64,000 nucleotides of DNA from contig JYFJ02001410.1 of assembly GCA_000934665.2 (NCBI GenBank), positions 1 through 64,000 on the forward strand, in the 5' to 3' direction. Shown here piece after piece: positions 27,533-39,701 of this stretch (positions are counted from its first letter, which is position 1; each line of letters starts with the position of its first letter). Below the pieces are notes generated by a model. It worked only from the letters and a program-made list of their open reading frames with translations, searched no databases and was not told the DNA's origin. This DNA comes from Catajapyx aquilonaris (taxonomy: Eukaryota). Position numbers and translations under genes: made by a program.

Positions 27533-29064
27533 CTTTTAGCCTACAGTGCATCCTGGATCACCGTGACGAACAGATGTGTTTTCTGCAAGTAACATCGCTT
27601 TATGTCATCTCAGCCATAAGTTGCTAAAATATGCAAGAGTTTTATTTTCATTGCTACAGTTTTTCTTTTTGAGGCAGTACTTGTATTTTAACTCAAGAAT
27701 CTGTCAAGTTTATGCCAAATGATCTATTTATTGTTATTAAAGCTTATATGTCAAATCTTATTTTAGTTAAATGACTTTTGCTTGATGTATATAGTAGCTA
27801 TGATCACTATGATGCAATCTCCTGGTAGTTCAGCTGCATTCAGTTTGAGAGGAGGCCTGCAGAGAGGTGGGGCTCCCTGGCGACCAGTTTGAACACCCAG
27901 TGACAGCACCAAATGGTAAATAAACCAAGGTCACTGCTTCCCTTTCGAAGCATGTGCTTGTGCTCTCCTGAGGGGTTCAATGGCTCCTGGACGACGCGAC
28001 GGCGGGCGGTTCAGGGATGATTCCTCTTCCAGTTCCAGATAACCCTGCCCGTCGCCCTGTTCACGGTCCTGTTCATTTGCAGGCAGAGTAGGTACACCAA
28101 CGGGTAGAGATGCCTACTCTTGGACTCATCTGTGTCTAATTGTGTGTGACTGATGTACGTTGCTCTTTTCCCATCTCTCTGGTGGATAGTGACATTTGTG
28201 AGCTGCAACTAAATCCGCCAAAGACATATCTTGGTGCTGTGGTACGGTGACATTGTTGCTGTGCTGATACTAGAACAGTGTGAGTATTCTCACTTGGGAT
28301 GTGACACAATAATGTAGTGCATGATGGGCTGGTGTGTTCTCAAGTTACAACAGGTCCGAAAAGTATGACTGCTGTCAGGGTTATGGCCGCATTGTTGCCT
28401 GGTGAATTGCATGTTGCTCGGACCAGTGTTGTGTGATTTTTAAATGGATGCTTGGCATGTGGGTGTGAAGTGAAGGGGAAAACAACTGTATATGTCTGGT
28501 GTGCACAGTTGCATAAAACAGGACTGCTGGAAGAGGCACAACTGCACATTGCGATAAGGCGTGTCTTCTGTCAATTTGTCTGGCTCAAGAGACCTTATCC
28601 CAATGCATGGGTATGCCTCTTTTTTGTAGGATGGCAGCATACTACACATCAATACTGTGTAAGTTACCTGGCCATAAATCCGCACAAATAATAATTCTCC
28701 AGTACCACCTAATCCAGGAGTTATTGTTTCCCCCTTGACGTGAAGTGCATGCTCCAATGATGCACATTCATACTGAAAGGACGGAAGTCTGAACTTTGCA
28801 ATAAATGAAAGGGGAAATGTGAGGAGATGGGGATTATGCTACTGCATGAAGTACGGTTATGACTCAACTGTGAGGTCAGATTTGGTGATGAATTGATGAT
28901 GTATAAGGATTTGTTTTTGTGAATGGGCTACATGTCATTTTCTGTATGGTGCGACTGGGGTGATTGAAATAATTGTGCATGCTCTGATAGAATTTATTTT
29001 TTGTGTTAAATTTATGCCCAAGTGCTAAATGACTTTATTTTCAGGCATGCCCTGCAGCATTAAA

Positions 29065-31551
29065 ATGAACAACTTCAATGGAAAGATTAAACACCTGGAT
29101 CACATTGCGGTGGACAGCTTTACCAGAAATGTATTGGATTCGGAGGCATTTTTTCTGTCTCACATGCACACTGGTAAGTTTACAAACACGCCGCTTAATG
29201 CTGAGAATATTTGACATGCAAAGTAAATATAGGAGCACTTGTGTGAAGCTGTGAACTCTGCACAGCTCATTATCATTATCAGTTATTAGCTCTTGTCATT
29301 ATGCAATTACCATATTTACTAGTAAAAATGTAAACTGTAAGAAGGAGATCTTTGAAGAATGGAGGGGGGGGGGGCGTAATTGCCAATTAAAACACTTTCA
29401 CCAAAATCAATTAAATTTATTGATTTTTGAGGTACTTTGATCAACATGCAGGGAAAATGAGACTGTGTGTGACCCACCTTAGGGAATAACTGCAAGTAAA
29501 TGTAAATCTCATGGTGCTCATTCTACCAGCATTAATTCACCAAATCTATGAATTTGTTCAGTCTGCTAATGAGGATGTTTTTAAAACAATGAATTGAAAT
29601 CTCCAATGTAATTTTTCCAGACCACGTTAAAGGACTGGAAAAAAGAAACATTGGATTTGTCACTGATCACCTGATGAGTGACGATAGGAAGATATATTGC
29701 AGTGAAACCACTGCAACCCTATTGAGGAACAACAAGAATTATTACTCCCTCTCTGAACACTTGGAAGCTTTGCCGTTGCGTTTACGTAGCAAAGTTAGCT
29801 TTCCGTCACGAGGAAAGTACATCAAGCCTTTCTGGGTGACATTGCTACCAATTGACCACTGCCCAGGTTCTGTAATGTTCTTGTTTGAAACATGTAATGG
29901 GAAAAGAATATTATACACTGGAGACTTCCGGCTGCAATTGGATGATCTCATAGGTTTCGATGCTCTTCATGGTCCTGACAAGCAGGTCAAGACTCTGGAC
30001 CATCTCTATCTGGATACAACATTCTTTCAGGAAGAAATGCATGTTTTGCCAACTCTAGCAGAATCATGGAGCGAAGTGTACAAACTTACGGAGGAGTGGC
30101 TTGACAGGAGTGATAACCATGTAATTGTGTTTGAATGGGGAGGTAAGAAATTAAATTGTATACTTAACTAGGCATGTCAATATTTTCCCCACTGTCTTTT
30201 TTGCCTACTTATTATTCATCATTGCTGTCGAATCTAATCCTGGACTGCAATTGGTCCATCCCGGTCCATCCCTACTAACAGTGCCTTCTCTCTTCTTCCT
30301 CTTGGCAGTAACTTTTACTAACAGATATCCTTCATGAGTTGGAAATGCATCATGCCTTTCAAGAACATTTCTCGTGGAGATTGTGATTCATGTGTACTGC
30401 TTCTCAGACTTTGGAAATCTGATTTAATGAGCATTGTGTTGCAAGAGTGTGTGCAATTACGAATACCTGCACGTCAAGTTTATTTTTGTTGCAGACAAAT
30501 TGGGTCCTCCCAACATACATTTATGGCTACATAAATCCTTCAACATGCGAGTTCATGTTAATGCAGAGACATATGAGATGTTCAAAAACCTTCCTGACAT
30601 TGAACCTTATGTGACCACAAGAGCAGACAAGACAAGGATTCACGCATGCAATAAAGCATCAGTAAGTAATTTATTGCAGTGCATGTTTTTCAGAGGAAGT
30701 GGAGGTGGCTTTATCAATTAATTTCATATTGGGTTTATAGGCAGATATAGTACATCCAGACAGACGACAATATAAAGTTCCTTCAAGTTTACCATGCAAA
30801 AGTGGAGAATATAAAGTTCGAGTGATTAGGCTTGCTGCACAGTGGTTTCGCAGTTATGAGCCAAGTTATGTATGTATGAAAGTTATTTTACTGAAAGAGA
30901 TATATTACTTTGAAACGGTACTTTTGTTACAGGGCATTGTATTGTGCAATGAAGACGAGACATACCTGAGAGTTTTACACTCAATGCATTCATCAAAGAG
31001 TGAGATCAAATCTGTTGTGTGGTATTTGAAGCCAAAGGATGTACATCCTCTTGTTGTTGGTCGAGGTCAAACTTCTGAAGAGGTACAGTAACCCTCCCAC
31101 TAACTGAGTCAAAATGTTCCGTAATCATTGATTTTGTAATTAGATAAAAGAGGAATTGGAAATGGAAGTTACACGAACATCTCAAGAAGACCCTCAAGAT
31201 TCCACTGCCATTTCCAGTCTAGTCACTCTAGTGGATTTACTGGGACCATCTGAAATTGTCTGCAGTGAAAATAGTGGTACAAAACTGCCAGATGGACAGG
31301 TATATGATGGGACTGTTGAAGAAGTGTTTCCAGTTGAAGATGATGCCATGTTATACAGGGAGGCTGAACTTGTAGAGCAGCAGTCAACACCACAGAGATC
31401 AGGACGTGTAAATATTTCTGTCACTAGAATAGGAACAAACGGGGGAGTAAGTAAGGATGGAGGAAAATATACCAAAGAACCAACATCACCTAGTATCTTA
31501 CGTAATAGGCCTAAGCCTATCTACCCTGCAAAACAAAAATTAAGAATGTGA
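29065..31551 (+). CDS. DCLRE1C: Artemis (DCLRE1C)-like nuclease, copy 2 (diverged tandem paralogue)
   Basis: Exons 29065-29173 (in-frame ATG also at 29047), 29621-30142, 30495-30661, 30741-30869, 30933-31082, 31144-31551. Motifs AVDSF, FFLSHMHTDHVKGL, DHCPGSVMFLF, LYTGDFR, LYLDTTFF, RIHAC and LHSMHSSKSEI. I found no stop or frameshift in the spliced model. Confidence 0.85.
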
Positions 31552-32426
31552 ATGGAGGAAGTTTCTTTATTGGTGAAAGGAAGCACTAGGCAAATGAAAC
31601 TAGATGTCTAAAGATTTGCATGGCAGGCCCACGAAGTCTGACCCAGAAATTCCAGAAACTTGGTAATGAGAAGAGTAATTTTCTACATAATTACTGACAT
31701 GAGATTTCCAGACAAATGACTTTTACAATGTTGGGATGGTGATATCATGGCATTTTATTAAGATCTCCAGAATCAAAACTATATGCATTTATACAGAGCC
31801 TAAACCTATTTTTAAAATATATTTTAAGTGACCTTTTTTGTGGGCTTATTAGTATGAAAAATCAAGTATGTACTAATTATTAGAGGTCCTAGCAGTTAAT
31901 GACTCATGAAAAATGTGCCACAATAATTGTAAGATCTCACATATGCTTCAGGTGTCTAAGTATAGTGATGGACTTTGCTTATTGCTGAAAGTGACCTGTC
32001 CAGCCATTAGAGTCTACTTGTGACCAGGAATCATTGTTGTTGTCTGTTTCTGCCATGGTTCCCAGTCAAAAATAGGCTCACGACCACCTGGACAGTCTCT
32101 TCCTGCAGCCATGACTGCATAAGCTGCATTTTGTGAAACTCCTCTGATGCATGCAACTGTGCAAGGGTATGGAAATGCCTAATTAATTGAATAAACATCT
32201 CTTCCCATTCAAAGCTAGCACTCTGTATGCCGAGTTGAATTTTAGAAGTTGGTTTTCACAGGAAGCTGGAAAAAAAAGTTCACAGCCTTTTAGACTCGTT
32301 TTAGCTTGGTTTGTGAAAAAATAAATATAATAAAGAGCTCGTTTACACACGACTAAGGCAATATTAAACACCGGTTTACTTGTCTTGATATTAGGTAACA
32401 GTACTTGGAATTTTCATCTTATAAAT

Positions 32427-33482
32427 GAGGAGCTCTGTGCAACATAGTCCTATGCCACATCTGGTTCATTTCGAGATAATGAAGAATTTAGATTTCGATA
32501 AATTCTATAAATCAGATTTACAGTGATATGAAGTTCAAGATTTTTTTCCCACTAGCCGGAACTCGTATCTGTTGTTGGCAGTAACTGAAGTAAAACATCC
32601 TGCATTACTTTTAATGATAATAATAATATTGTCTGGTAATACGTAATATCTTGTGGCATAGGATTGTCTTGTTCTGAAATGTCATACTTCGGGGGCGTAG
32701 GATATCGTGATTCTAGGGGATGTTTTTGTCCATGAAAACATGTCCAAAGGAAGGTTTAGAAGCACTGTGTTTATTATAATATTCTTATTTGATGCTACTA
32801 CCTACTAACCTACTACCTACTAGACTACTAACCTGATGCTACTATTTATCAATACAGTCCTAAGCCACAGTATTGTTTCGATTCTGAATAGGCCTCGCAA
32901 TAATAATATTTCAAAATATCAATTTGCCGGATTTTTCTACAGAACATGAGCATGGTATTCAAGGTTTTAAACGAACCAACATACCAGGAAGATTAAAAAA
33001 AAATTGCTCTTAACTTAGCTGGCTTAGGATGGGTACTCAGTGCACTGCGCAGCCCCTGTACGTACATAATCTTAAGCCACACTTGCTTAATAATAATATA
33101 AAATAGGTACATCAGACGAAGTGGAGGAGCTTCTCACATCATGTGATGGCCGGCACTCATCCGAAGAGGACTCCTCACTTAAATCGGTATCATGGTCACT
33201 ATCTGCCTCAAAAACCAGACGGCGTTTGGCGCAGCTTCTTGTCGGCCGTGCGGAATTGGACGCCGCCATCTTGAAATCGTGTGGCTTAGGACTGTGTCGG
33301 GACCTAGCATTGCAGCTAGACAGCAGATCCGATAAGACTACTTCCCATATACCCACGCCATCCGTTGATGGACCGGGAAAATTTCAACTCAGATGCTGTA
33401 GCATGTCTTTGGGGATCTATATATGGCCTTAACTCATTTCGTCAGAAAATGTGGCATAGGACTATGTTGCACAGAGCCCCTC
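32427..33482. mobile_element. Non-autonomous Sola-like DNA transposon (1056 bp)
   Basis: 34-bp TIRs: GAGGAGCTCTGTGCAACATAGTCCTATGCCACAT (32427-32460) versus the reverse complement of 33449-33482, with 1 mismatch. A 4-bp TSD AAAT lies at 32423-32426 and 33483-33486. GAG...CTC termini with a 4-bp TSD fit Sola2/Sola3. Confidence 0.8.
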
Positions 33483-34810
33483 AAATTCAAATTATTATGT
33501 AACAGCAAAATTGAGGATTGTGCTGTTATTTTAAAACTTATTTTAAGAAATAATGCAGTTGAATTAATTACTGGATATGTTTATTTTTACATTATCACAG
33601 ATACCATACTAGTAAAATATGACCTTGAAATTAATAGCTTGGTCGATTATGAGGAAGAGGAGTACAGGTGGGCGCAGAACACTAGTACAGTATTTCAGGC
33701 ATTCATCCAAACTAGAACAGCTGTACTAGGCCTACAATGAAAGTAAAATTTTAAAAAGCATGCATAAAAGTAAAAGCGAGACAATCATAATAATCTAGTG
33801 AAGCCTCTTGAGATTTGTCAATCAGGGCCTTTCAGGGTCACTGCAAAAATGATGTGGGGGTCACTTGCAATGTTGTATGTTTAGGTCTAGGTCTAATGTC
33901 TTGCCTCATTGTTTGCTTGTTTTTAGTATCAACTTCAATGCAGACTTCTCGTCTAGTCTTCCTTAGTAGATAGCTACAGTGAGGCAATTATTAGATAAAA
34001 GACCCAGCCCTACTTTTTGAATGATTATATGTTACATGTTGTTACATGTTACACGTTGAAGAGAAATGATGCAAGTTAAATGAAACTAAATGAAAGAAGG
34101 AGATTGTGTGGCTGTATTTTATTGATGTAAAGCTGCACTGTATTTTACACAATGTGAGACCTATAGTTTATCAACAGCTCTTACGTAATAAATAACTTTA
34201 TCCTAATATTATGTCCATTTCATTTGTAGCCCATATGAAAAGCATTATTCAATTTGAATTTGAGTATTGTGAATAATTGAACTAATCCAGTCATTTTCAG
34301 GAATGATTCCTTGCTGTCACTCGTTTCCTTTCATCCTTTTACATCCACATATTGAACAACATTATATGTATCATGTTCAGGTTTTCATAGCAGTCTTTCA
34401 TAAGGCACAATAGTATTCGTACACAATAATGCACCAAATATAAATGCTGAAGCACAACCTAACATCTAGGAACAGTTTTGGCAACATATTACAGGACTAC
34501 TTTCTAACAGTGTACCACTGACATCATAAATGCCTAAACGCCTATTGTGATGTGATCATTACAAGTGTGCAATTGTGAATCAACCTGCCGGACTTCTTGA
34601 TTGGTGAAATATTACACTGATGAAGCAATCCACCTCAGAATTGCTATTAATCACATCTAATGCCTACTTTTAATGAGTAAACAATGGAAAAAGGGGATGT
34701 ATATAACCTGAGCATTTAGCAGTGATGCCAGTGTGGTCCACAATGGCTATTGCAGTGTGTAAACATTGCAGTAGCAAAAAAAAAAAAGCAGAAATAAACG
34801 TGTTGTCAGA

Positions 34811-36188
34811 TTACAATATAGAACATCCACAGCAACATGTTTGGGGATAGTCAGGTGCATGAATTTTATTTTCGTAGCCGTAGACGTAAAACTTTCCATT
34901 GTGTCGCTCCCACTCGTAACTTATCTCTGTCACTGGAATGATCCTCACTTGTTGCCTCTGCAATTTCAATAATATTAATAGAGATTTAGTATGCCTTCAC
35001 CCCCATCGTCCTATCTCCTGACGAGGAAATAGCATACCTGTGAAAGGACTCGCTGGTCATGGAAAGCCTTGGTGTGATTATGGACAAGCTGAGCCGAGGC
35101 AATGTTGATTGTCTCGTCTGGGAAGTGGTTGATTGCTGCCACCAGGATGCCTTCTTCTTCAAAGGCAATTTGTCCTGAAACTCTTCTGACCAGGTCTTCT
35201 GGAAGAGCAGTTCTCTCTACAATGTGCTCGGAGTTGTTGGTCTTCCTGCAAAAAAAAAAAAAAATCCTCCACATTTAGCCTCAATTTAATTTTCATACAC
35301 ATTCCTTGCTTACCAGGTGATTGTGAGTTGTATGTAACACTTGATTTGACCATATCCATCGCATGGGACGCATCCAACCCTGCCCTTGGAGTGACACTTG
35401 AGGCAGTCTTGTCGCCCGTGGCCATGGGCTGAGGAGTGGCAGTGAAAACATCGTTCCTGGTATCCATAAGAATCATTGGCCCAACCTTCTCCTTGGCAGT
35501 GTAGGCATCGCAACTGCAACATTAATAAGGACAATGGATTTACTTCTGGAAAGTTTAATTATTATTGTTATGATATGCCATACATAGCATTAATCACTAA
35601 AACTGTTAAATGCATTACGGTACTTTTAATAAGGTGCCTTTCTTGTGGAGGCAGCGTTACATACCCATCCTTTTCCGTGGCATTCATTGCAAAGCAGACT
35701 TCCTGTGCCTTTGCAGCAGTGGCATTGCTTAACCGATGCTGTGTGAGGCACTTGAATCACCTTAACCTCGTTGTGAAAGAGGTGAGTGGGCTCTGCTGGT
35801 ATGTCCCACGGAAGTGGAGCTGGTCCGTGGGCAGGCCCATCTACATCTCCCCCGCTGTAGTGCGCAAATGCCCATGAAGTTTCTCGCTTCTCTGTGAAAG
35901 TCTGCAGCTCATACTGCCAAAAGGAAGCTTTGTTTTCAACACACTGCACATAAATCATGGGGAAAGAAGGTATACTGACATGGAAGGCCGCTGAGTAGCA
36001 TATTTTGGTGATAGCCATGTTCTTCGCCGCCCCCTTCCCATAGCAGAAGTGTTCTGACACATGCTTCAACAGGGCTCTGCGAGCCTGTTGTTCTGTCAGT
36101 TGAGGCTGGGCAGGAATGGTGGGTCGACTGGCCCTTTCTCCACCATCCAAGCTGTTGTCCCCAGGTAGCTCTGGAGGTGGGATGCTCA
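34811..36188 (-). CDS. SSUH2: SSUH2 homologue (DnaJ-like zinc-finger repeats), conserved body exons
   Basis: Exons 36188-35980, 35913-35665, 35513-35314, 35245-35038, 34957-34811. Motifs YELQTFTEKRETSW, GPAPLPWDI, VPHTASVKQCHCCKGTG, repeated CxxCxGxG, and C-terminal FYVYGYENKIHAPDYPQTCCCGCSIL*. The first body exon needs a phase-1 upstream exon. Confidence 0.92.
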
Positions 36189-39100
36189 CTAGAAAGAAAT
36201 GGGCATTTGGAAATGTGACAAGTGCGGTGTTTGGCTTACAATTCACCTCAAAGGAAGGGTTCACAAAATCAGCCGCTGCTGGGAGCAGGCTTTAATGGGG
36301 GTCTATTTTGGAGGTGTCGGTTTGTTTGTGTAAGGAAGAAGGGGAAGCTGCGGACACTTAGACGGTTGCCCTGCAGTCTGTTGGGAGGGAAACCCAGTTA
36401 GCCACCAGTTACATCCTTTGATGCCACTCAAGCATTGGGGAATAATTGCACCCACCCTAACAATTTCTCTAATTATCAACTATTAATTAACTGCATAAAA
36501 TAATGCTGCAAGAGTGTTGCGTTCACAAGTCTCCAGTTCAAGCTGGGAGTAGGTGAAGAACTTCTGGAGAGTATAGCAACCATTTATGCAAGTGAACATT
36601 AGTTGCTGCTTTCAGTGCTTTATATCATTTTCTGGGTAGAACAATCCACACCTTCTATTCCTTCTTTCATTGTTATTGCATAATACGTGTTGTATGACTT
36701 TCTTGAAATGCCACAACATATCTAAATATTTAGCTGCATTCCAGGGTGACGTGTTTCCGCTGACTTTATGCCTCAAAAAAACTAGGTGAGAATGTGTCAG
36801 CAAAATCATTACGAGGTTTACACCGAGCACCTAAAATAGGGAAAATAGGAAGAGCCTTGAATAAGACTTTCCTTTTACGAGGTGGCTGAAATAAGCGTGG
36901 CTCACTATTGGACTAGTAGTGGATTTCCTCTCAAAAACAAGAAACTACACTCCAATGGCCTTTTATAAATACAGGCATGACACGTACGGTTCGGGGTTTC
37001 CCACGTCAAACAACTGGTTTCTACTTATAGAAGCTCGAATAAACCCGGTGTCTTCGTTGCTGGAACTAGTATAGACTTTTGAGCCCAGAATCGGCTCGAA
37101 ATCAAGGCGGAATTTGGGCCCCCCCTCCCTAACTCGTTTGTTGTCCCGCCGAGAGCCATATGCGCAGGATTTTTAAATCCCCGTAACAATATTTTTAGCA
37201 CACGTTTATATTATTCCAGGGGGGCCATTCTCGCCACGATTTTGAGACCTGAACAGATGGAACAACGATTGGAACCTACCAGAAACTCGTTTCCAGGCCG
37301 CAATCGTTTATTCATTTCAGATCTGCGCAATACAATTTATTTACCCCCCAGCAGTTATATGCATGTTCCGACCTTTAGAGAAGTTAATGTCCTGTTCCCA
37401 GTAGACGCTCTTGCTTTGTTGGAATTGAGCCATTTATATATGCAATTTGTTGAAGCCCAGTGCATCCATCATTGCAATATTTTGGCACACGGCTCTAAAT
37501 GTAGCAATAAAACCCTCAATTCCGCAATAACTCTAGGTATAGCTGAACGCCCTCTAATATTTGATATATCTTTCTATAATATTATGTAAATAATAAATAA
37601 TCATCTGCTTATCACATTCTGTTCAGAAATTGCTGATTTATAGAGCGGAATATGCGACGAAGAAGTTGTAGATTGCTAGAGTGAACAATCATCTTTCCTG
37701 GGCAGTTAATTTACCCTGTACAAACACAGTTCCGTCACCCATCATCCCAATTAGAATCAGCCCGTGACAGAATCAACACCCTCGTCTGCCAGGTAGGAAG
37801 CGACCTATACCCGCGGGAAGATTTCCAAGGAAAACGACACGAGGCCATGCATTTGTCCCCGGATGCCTTCTTCTTGTGTCCTCCTCCTCCCCTGCTGCAC
37901 GCGACTCTATAAAAAGATTATTCCGGGCCTTTTGTCACTCCGGAGAACAAGGCAGGAAGGCACGCCTAACCTACTTTTATCCCCCTATCCTTTTTTCCCC
38001 CCATAGCACCATCTTCTTCTTACTCTTTAAGAAACAGGGCTACATAACGATAGGCATCGATTGAAACGGAGCTCTCACAATGCCCGCGACTCGCGATTGG
38101 GAAGGGCTCCAATAAAGGCTTTTGCCAAGTCCTCCGGTTGATACTACAGAAACATCTGGAGCGGGCATAGCAAAAACAAGAAATGCTGGAACCGACGTGC
38201 TAGGACGCCTTGGGTCGGACAATCAAAAGGATCAATTGATAGAGAACGACTTACTGATTTCCTTGTCACTTTTTTGGATATAAGAAAAAAGAGCGGTGTG
38301 TTTTTGTGTGTGGGAGAGATGTTTGCTTGCTTCACTGCCGGCTCCTGCGGTCTATTGGGCTGTAATGAAGTGGCTTCACACACACTGGAGGAGAACACCC
38401 CGCTTACTTGCCTATATGTGCGTGTATTTTGGGAGGGGGCACTGCTGCCACCACGCGACCTTCCTTCCAGCAGGGGGTGGGCCTTGTACATACACGTGAT
38501 TTGGCGACTATAAGGCGCAGCATGTGGGTGAAACAATGATCAAGAAGAGCGGGACATCAGCCGATTCAATCGAAATGTGCGATTAACACTGAACTCTGAT
38601 ATTTTCAAGTCGACTGACGTCAACATTGTTGTCATTGCTAATGCAACAAAGGTGACGTGAGGCATACCTGACATAACTAAGAGTAAATACAGGTATGCAG
38701 TGTATGTAGGTAAAATCACTCTGTACTGCACTCCAAGTCCGCTTCATTTAATTACTATCCCACACCTGATATATGACTGAGAGGGTTATTCCAACAATAC
38801 GATTAGATTAGGGTACCGAGTCAATAACCAGGTGTATTTATATTCCAAATTCATTATCGCAATCACTTTTATAGGACTTCGGACCATAGTTTTATTGGGG
38901 GCATGAAATTTCTGCGAAACGAGATATACCGGTACATTTGGGTCTCTCGAGTCGACAGCCTTCTTGATCGAGAAGTAATATTACCACCACTGGACTGCTA
39001 GCATCGTGATCTAAATCAAGGAATGGAAGGCAATTCCTATAATAGTCACCAGGAATGAGCAGTGGTGCTAACTTCAAACAGGAGGGCCTTCAACTACAGC

Positions 39101-39596
39101 ACAAACTGTTATAATGCGACTTAAATTCAGTCGGCAGAGAAAATTATCTGCGCTTGGTCCTGGCAGGATTTTCAATGCATTTTTGAAATTCAGAACAGGT
39201 AACTTTCAGCAACGCGACAGGATGGTGCACTATACTGTGGTTCTCAAACATCTAGTTTAAAAATAATGCAACAATGATGACAAGTGTGGCCCTGATTCGT
39301 GTCGCTTCTCCTGGGACAAACAATCCTTCACACCTACCCCCTCTTGGACTGCAGATTTGGAGCTCGATAACCTAAATGTACGGGATGCAATCAGAACAAC
39401 CCGAAATCGGCGGGACCCCCGGCAGTATACTGTGCATGACATGAATAACGAGACACCAGCCGTCGCGTCGGACAGAAATGCGTGTAAAGCAGACACGTGC
39501 CAACAAAGTGCATTGTCGCCCAAGGTTGCACTTGAGCCGAGGCCAAGCCTGCCGTGAAAATGTCTCCTCCTGGGTAAGCAAGCGCCTTAAAATACC

Positions 39597-39701
39597 TGGG
39601 AGCCATCCAGCATTATTGGTACTACCGGTGTTGTCATCCTCCTCCGCAACAGTCCTCTTCCTGGACATGGAGATGATGCTCTTCACCATGTGCACAGCCA
39701 T
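39597..39701 (-). CDS. Candidate alternative first coding exon of SSUH2
   Basis: MAVHMVKSIISMSRKRTVAEEDDNTGSTNNAGWLP-G|gtattt is a phase-1 donor compatible with the acceptor at 36188. TATATA and TGACGT sites lie ~90-110 nt upstream. Confidence 0.5.

Noticed and set aside
36240..36380. Proximal coding exon for SSUH2 (…DFVNPSFEVN)
   Set aside because: A phase-1 donor exists at 36240, but the frame has a TAA just upstream and no ATG, so it cannot be supported as a first coding exon.
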